NCBI RefSeq assembly: GCF_963921235.1
Contig: NC_086097.1
Location: 30,754,001-30,818,000, forward strand
Direction of reading: 5' to 3'
DNA length: 64,000 nt
Source: Mobula hypostoma
Lineage: Eukaryota
Part shown: positions 59,401-64,000 of the stretch, in pieces
Position numbering within the stretch: position 1 is the stretch's first letter
Layout: every line of letters begins with the position of its first letter
Translations under genes and position numbers: made by a program
Notes under the pieces: generated by a model
The model's input: only the letters and a program-made list of their open reading frames with translations
Told to the model about the DNA's origin: nothing
The model's database searches: none

Positions 59401-61679
59401 GAGAGAGGAAGAGGGGTGAGAGAGAGGAGAGAGAGAGAGGAAGGGGGTGAGAGAGAGGAAGAGGGGTGAGAGAGAGGAAGAGGGGTGAGAGAGAGGGAAG
59501 AGGGGTGAGAGAGAGGAAGAGGGGTGAGAGAGAGGAAGAGGGGTGAGAGAGAGGAAGAGGGGTGAGAGAGAGGGAGGGGTGAGAGAGAGGAAGAGGGGTG
59601 AGAGAGAGGAAGAGGGGTGAGAGAGAGGAAGAGGGGTGAGAGAGAGGAGAGGGGGAGAGGGGTGAGAGAGAGGAAGAGGGGTGAGAGAGAGGGAGGGGTG
59701 GAGAGAGGGAGGGGTGAGAGAGGGGAGGGGGAGAGAGAGGAGAGGGGTGAGAGAGAGGGAGGGGTGAGAGAGAGGGAGGGGTGAGAGAGAAGAGGGGAGA
59801 GAGAGAGGAAGAGGGGGGAGAGAGGAGAGGGGTGAGAGAGAGGGAGGGGTGAGAGAGAGGAAGAGGGGTGAGAGAGGGAAGAGGGGTGAGAGAGAGGGGG
59901 GGGAGAGAGAGGAAGAGGGGGAGAGAGAGGAAGAGGGGTGAGAGAGAGGAGAGGGGTGAGAGAGAGGGAGAGGGTGAGAGAGAGGGAGGGGTGAGAGAGA
60001 GAGGTGAGAGAGAGGGAGGGTGAGAGAGAGGAAGAGGGGTGAGAGAGAGGGAAGGGGGAGAGAGAGAGGAAGGGTGAGAGAGAGAGGAAGGGGTGAGAGA
60101 GAGAGGAAGAGGGGTGAGAGAGAGGAGAGGGGTGAGAGAGAGAGGGGTGAGAGAGAGAGAGGAGGGGTGAGAGAGAGAGGAGGGGTGAGAGAGAGGAGGG
60201 GTGAGAGGGAGAGGAGGGGTGAGAGAGAGAGGAGGGGTGAGAGAGAGGAGGGGTGAGAGAGAGGAGGGGTGAGAGAGAGAGGAGGGGTGAGAGAGAGAGG
60301 AGGGGTGAGAGAGAGAGGAGGGGTGAGAGAGAGGAGGGGTGAGGGAGAGAGTGAGAGAGAGGGGTGGTGAGAGAGAGAGGAGGGGTGAGAGAGAGGGAGG
60401 GGTGAGAGAGAGGAAGAGGGGTGAGAGAGAGAGAGAGGGAGAGGGGGAGAGAGAGGAGAGGGGTGAGAGAGAGGAAGAGGGGAGAGAGAGAGGAGAGGGT
60501 GAGAGAGAGAGAGGGGGAGAGAGAGGGAGGGGTGAGAGAGAGGGAGGGGTGAGAGAGAGGAGAGGGGTGAGAGAGAGAGGAGGAGGGGTGAGAGAGAGGA
60601 AGAGGGGTGAGAGAGAGGAAGAGGGGTGAGAGAGAGAGGAGAGGGGTGAGAGAGAGAGGAAGAGGGGTGAGAGAGAGAGGAAGAGGGGTGAGAGAGAGGA
60701 AGAGGGGTGAGAGAGAGAGAGAGAGGGAGGGTGAGAGAGAGAGGAAGAGGGGTGAGAGAGAGAGAGGGTGAGAGAGAGAGAGGGTGAGAGAGAGAGAGGG
60801 GGAGAGAGAGAGGAGGGGTGAGAGAGAGGGAAGAGGGGTGAGAGAGAGAGGAGAGGGGGTGAGAGAGAGGGTGAGAGAGGAGAGAGAGAGGAGGGGTGAG
60901 AGAGAGAGAGGAGGTGAGAGGGAGAGGAGGGGTGAGAGAGAGAGAGGAGGGGTGAGAGAGAGAGGAGGGGTGAGAGAGAGAGGAGAGTGAGAGAGAGAGA
61001 GGAGGGGTGAGAGAGAGAGGAGGGGTGAGAGAGGGAGGGTGAGAGAGAGAGGAAGAGGGGTGAGAGAGAGGAAGAGGGGTGAGAGAGAGGAGAGGGGTGA
61101 GAGAGGAAGAGGGGTGAGAGAGAGGAAGAGGGGTGAGAGAGAGGAAGAGGGGGGGTGAGAGAGGGAGAGGAAGTGAGAGAGAGAGGAAGAGGGGTGAGAG
61201 AGAGGAAGAGGGGTGAGAGAGAGAGGAAGAGGGGTGAGAGAGACGAGAGGGGGTGAGAGAGAGAGAGGGGGTCAGAGAGAGAGGGTGAGAGAGAGAGAGG
61301 AGGGGTGAGAGAGAGGAGGGGTGAGAGAGAGGGAGGGAGGGAGGTGAGGCGGGGTGAGAGAGAGAGGGAGGGAGGTGAGGTGGGGTGAGAGAGAGGGAGG
61401 GAGGAGGAGAGTGGGGTGAGAGAGAGAGGGGTGAGAGGGAGAGGAGGGGTGAGAGAGAGAGGAGAGGTGAGAGAGAGAGAGGAAGGGTGAGAGAGAGGGG
61501 GAGGGGTGAGAGAGAGAGAGGAGAGAGAGTGAGAGAGAGAGGAGAGAGGGGGGAGAGGAGGAAGAGGGGTGAGAGAGAGGAAGAGGGGTGAGAGAGAGGA
61601 AGAGGGGTGAGAGAGAGGAAGAGGGGTGAGAGAGAGGAAGAGGGGTGAGAGAGAGAAGAGGGGTGAGAGAGAGGAAGAG

Positions 61680-61720
<41 letters not shown>

Positions 61721-64000
61721 GAGAGAGAGGGAGGGGTGAGAGAGAGGAAGAGGGGTGAGAGAGAGGGAGGGGTGTGAGAGAGGAGAGGGGTGAGAGAGAG
61801 GAGGGGTGAGAGAGAGGAAGAGGGGTGAGAGAGAGGAAGAGGGGGAGAGAGAGAGGAAGAGGGGTGAGAGAGAGGGAAGGGGTGAGAGAGAGGAAGAGGG
61901 GTGAGAGAGAGGGAGGGGGAGAGAGAGGAGAGGGGGAGAGAGGAAGAGGGGTGAGAGAGAGGGAGAGGGGTGAGAGAGAGGAAGAGGGAGAGAGAGAGGA
62001 AGAGGGGAGAGAGAGAGGAAGAGGGGTGAGAGAGAGGGAGGGGTGAGAGAGAGGAGGGGTGAGAGAGAGAGGAGGAGTGAGAGAGAGAGAGAGAGGGATG
62101 AGGGGTGAGAGAGAGGAGGGGTGAGAGAGAGAGGAGAGAGGGGTGAGAGAGAGGAGAGGGGTGAGAGAGAGGGAGGGGTGAGAGAGAGGGAGGGTGAGAG
62201 AGAGGGTGAGAGAGGAGAAGAGGGGAGAGAGAGAGGAAGAGGGGAGAGAGAGAGGAAGAGGGGTGAGAGAGAGGAAGAGGGGTGAGAGAGAGGGAGGGGT
62301 GAAGAGAGGAAGAGGGGTGAGAGAGAGGAAGAGGGGTGAGAGAGGGGGAGGGGTGAGAGAGAGAAGAGGGAGAGAGAGGAGAGGGGTGAGAGAGAAGGGG
62401 GAGAGAGAGAGGAAGAGGGGTGAGAGAGAGGGAGGGGTGAGAGAGAGGAGAGGGGTGAGAGAGAGAGGAAGAGGGGTGAGAGAGAGGAAGAGGGGTGAGA
62501 GAGAGGAAGAGGGGTGAGAGAGAGGAAGGGGAGAGAGAGAGGAAGAGGGGTGAGAGAGAGGAAGAGGGGTGAGAGAGAGAGGGGTGAGAGAGAGGAGAGG
62601 GTGAGAGAGAGGAAGAGGGGTGAGAGAGAGGAAGAGGGGAGAGAGAGAGGAAGAGGGGAGAGAGAGAGGAAGAGGGTGAGAGAGAGGGAGAGAGAGAGAG
62701 AGGAAGAGGGTGAGAGAGAGGGAGGGTGAGAGAGAGAGGGAGGGGTGAGAGAGAGAGAGGAGAGGGTGAGAGAGAGGAAGAGGGGTGAGAGAGAGGGAGA
62801 GAGAGAGGAAGAGGGGTGAGAGGAGAGAGAGGAGAGGGGTGAGAGAGAGGGGGGAGAGAGAGAAGAGGGGTGAGAGAGAGGAAGAGGGGTGAGAGAGAGG
62901 GAGGGGTGAGAGAGAGAGAGGGTGAGAGAGAGGAGAGGGGTGAGAGAGAGGGAGAGGGGTGAGAGAGAGAGGGAGAGGGGTGAGAGAGAGGGAGGGGTGA
63001 GAGAGAGAGGAAGAGGGGTGAGAGAGAGGGAGAGGGGTGAGAGAGAGGAAGAGGGGTGAGAGAGAGGGAGAGGGGTGAGAGAGGGGAGGGTGAGAGAGGG
63101 GGAGGGGTAAGAGAGAGGGAGGAGGTGTGAGAGAGGGGAGGGGTGAGAGAGAGAGGAAGAGGGGTGAGAGAGAGGGAAGGGGTGAGAGAGAGGAAGAGGG
63201 GTGAGAGAGAGGAAGAGGGGTGAGAGAGAGGAAGAGGGGTGAGAGAGAGGAAGAGGGGTGAGAGAGAGAGGAAGAGGGGAGAGAGAGAGGAAGAGGGGTG
63301 AGAGAGAGAGGAAGAGGGGTGAGAGGAAGAGAGGGTGAGAGAGAGGAGAGAGAGAGAGAAGAAGAGGGGTGAGAGAGAGAGAAGAGGGGAGGGGAGAGAG
63401 AGGAAGAGGGGTGAGAGAGAGGGAGGGGTGAGAGAGAGGGAGAGGGTGAGAGAGAGAGGGGTGAGAGAGAGGGAGGGGAGAGAGAGAGGAAGGGGGGGAG
63501 AGAGAGGAGAGGAGAGAGGGAGGGTGAGAGAGAGGGAGGGGGAGAGAGAGGAAGAGGGGTGAGAGAGAGGAAGAGGGGTGAGAGAGAGGAAGAGGGGTGA
63601 GAGAGGGTGAGAGAGTGGAGAGGGGGGTGGAGAGAGGAAGAGGGGTGAGAGAGAGGAGAGGGGAGAGAGAGAGGGAGGGGTGAGAGAGAGGGAGGGGTGA
63701 GAGAGAGGGAGGGGTGAGAGAGAGGGAGGGGTGAGAGAGAGGAGAGGGGTGAGAGAGAGGAGAGGGGTGAGAGAGAGGAAGAGGGGTGAGAGAGAGGAAG
63801 AGGGGTGAGAGAGAGAGGAAGAGGGGTGAGAGAGAGGAAGAGGGGTGAGAGAGAGGGGTGAGAGAGAGAGGAAGAGGGGTGAGAGAGAGAGGAAGAGGGG
63901 TGAGAGAGAGAGAAAGAGGGGTGAGAGAGAGGAAGAGGGGTGAGAGAGAGGAAGAGGGGTGAGAGAGAGGAAGAGGGGTGAGAGAGAGGAAGAGGGGTGA
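47460..64000. repeat. Giant polypurine/polypyrimidine satellite, unit about (GA)3-5-GGAAGAGGGGT (17-23 bp), running off the window
   Basis: More than 16.5 kb of GAGAGAGAGGAAGAGGGGT and GAGAGAGAGGGAGGGGT variants; the plus strand has very few C and mostly one T per unit. Confidence 0.97.

Larger units (their letters stand above)
1..64000 (-). other. NUDT14: NUDT14 gene body (part of intron 3, exon 3, intron 2, exon 2, part of intron 1); exons 1 and 4 not found in the window
   Basis: Two in-frame minus-strand exons in the correct order. Manual search of the non-repetitive segments found no exon-1-like (SPYL..HY.Q) or exon-4-like (ELCAG, EECGY) coding, so both flanks are inferred to be intronic. 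Confidence 0.75.

Noticed and set aside
48508..63562. Many short plus-strand R/E/G-rich ORFs
   Set aside because: Translations of the GA satellite starting at GTG; no coding evidence.

Overview
Eukaryotic, repeat-dense vertebrate DNA; the repeat families point to a cartilaginous fish, probably a ray (inference). The window lies inside one minus-strand protein-coding gene, NUDT14 (Nudix UDP-glucose pyrophosphatase). Two small internal exons that the ORF track misses are present: 29655-29698 (44 nt) and 15542-15606 (65 nt). They splice in frame to [36 protein letters not shown]. Exon 1 and exon 4 were not found, so the introns are very large (intron 2 = 14,048 bp; intron 1 >34 kb; intron 3 >15 kb). 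The introns are filled with decayed, often nested CR1 and Rex1/Babar-type LINEs, V-SINE-like SINEs, Penelope (GIY-YIG) retroelements, Tc1 (DD34E) transposons and a hAT MITE. The Penelope pseudo-LTRs carry minimal type I hammerhead ribozymes. One copy is fully intact on the pre-mRNA strand, and another has an enlarged palindromic stem III. The last 16.5 kb is a polypurine/polypyrimidine satellite with ~850-bp higher-order repeats; the 2445-aa ORF there is an artefact. A few short non-repetitive islands are candidate enhancers. No intact transposon ORF, rRNA, tRNA gene or CRISPR array was seen. Repeat boundaries are approximate unless a TSD or TIR is quoted.
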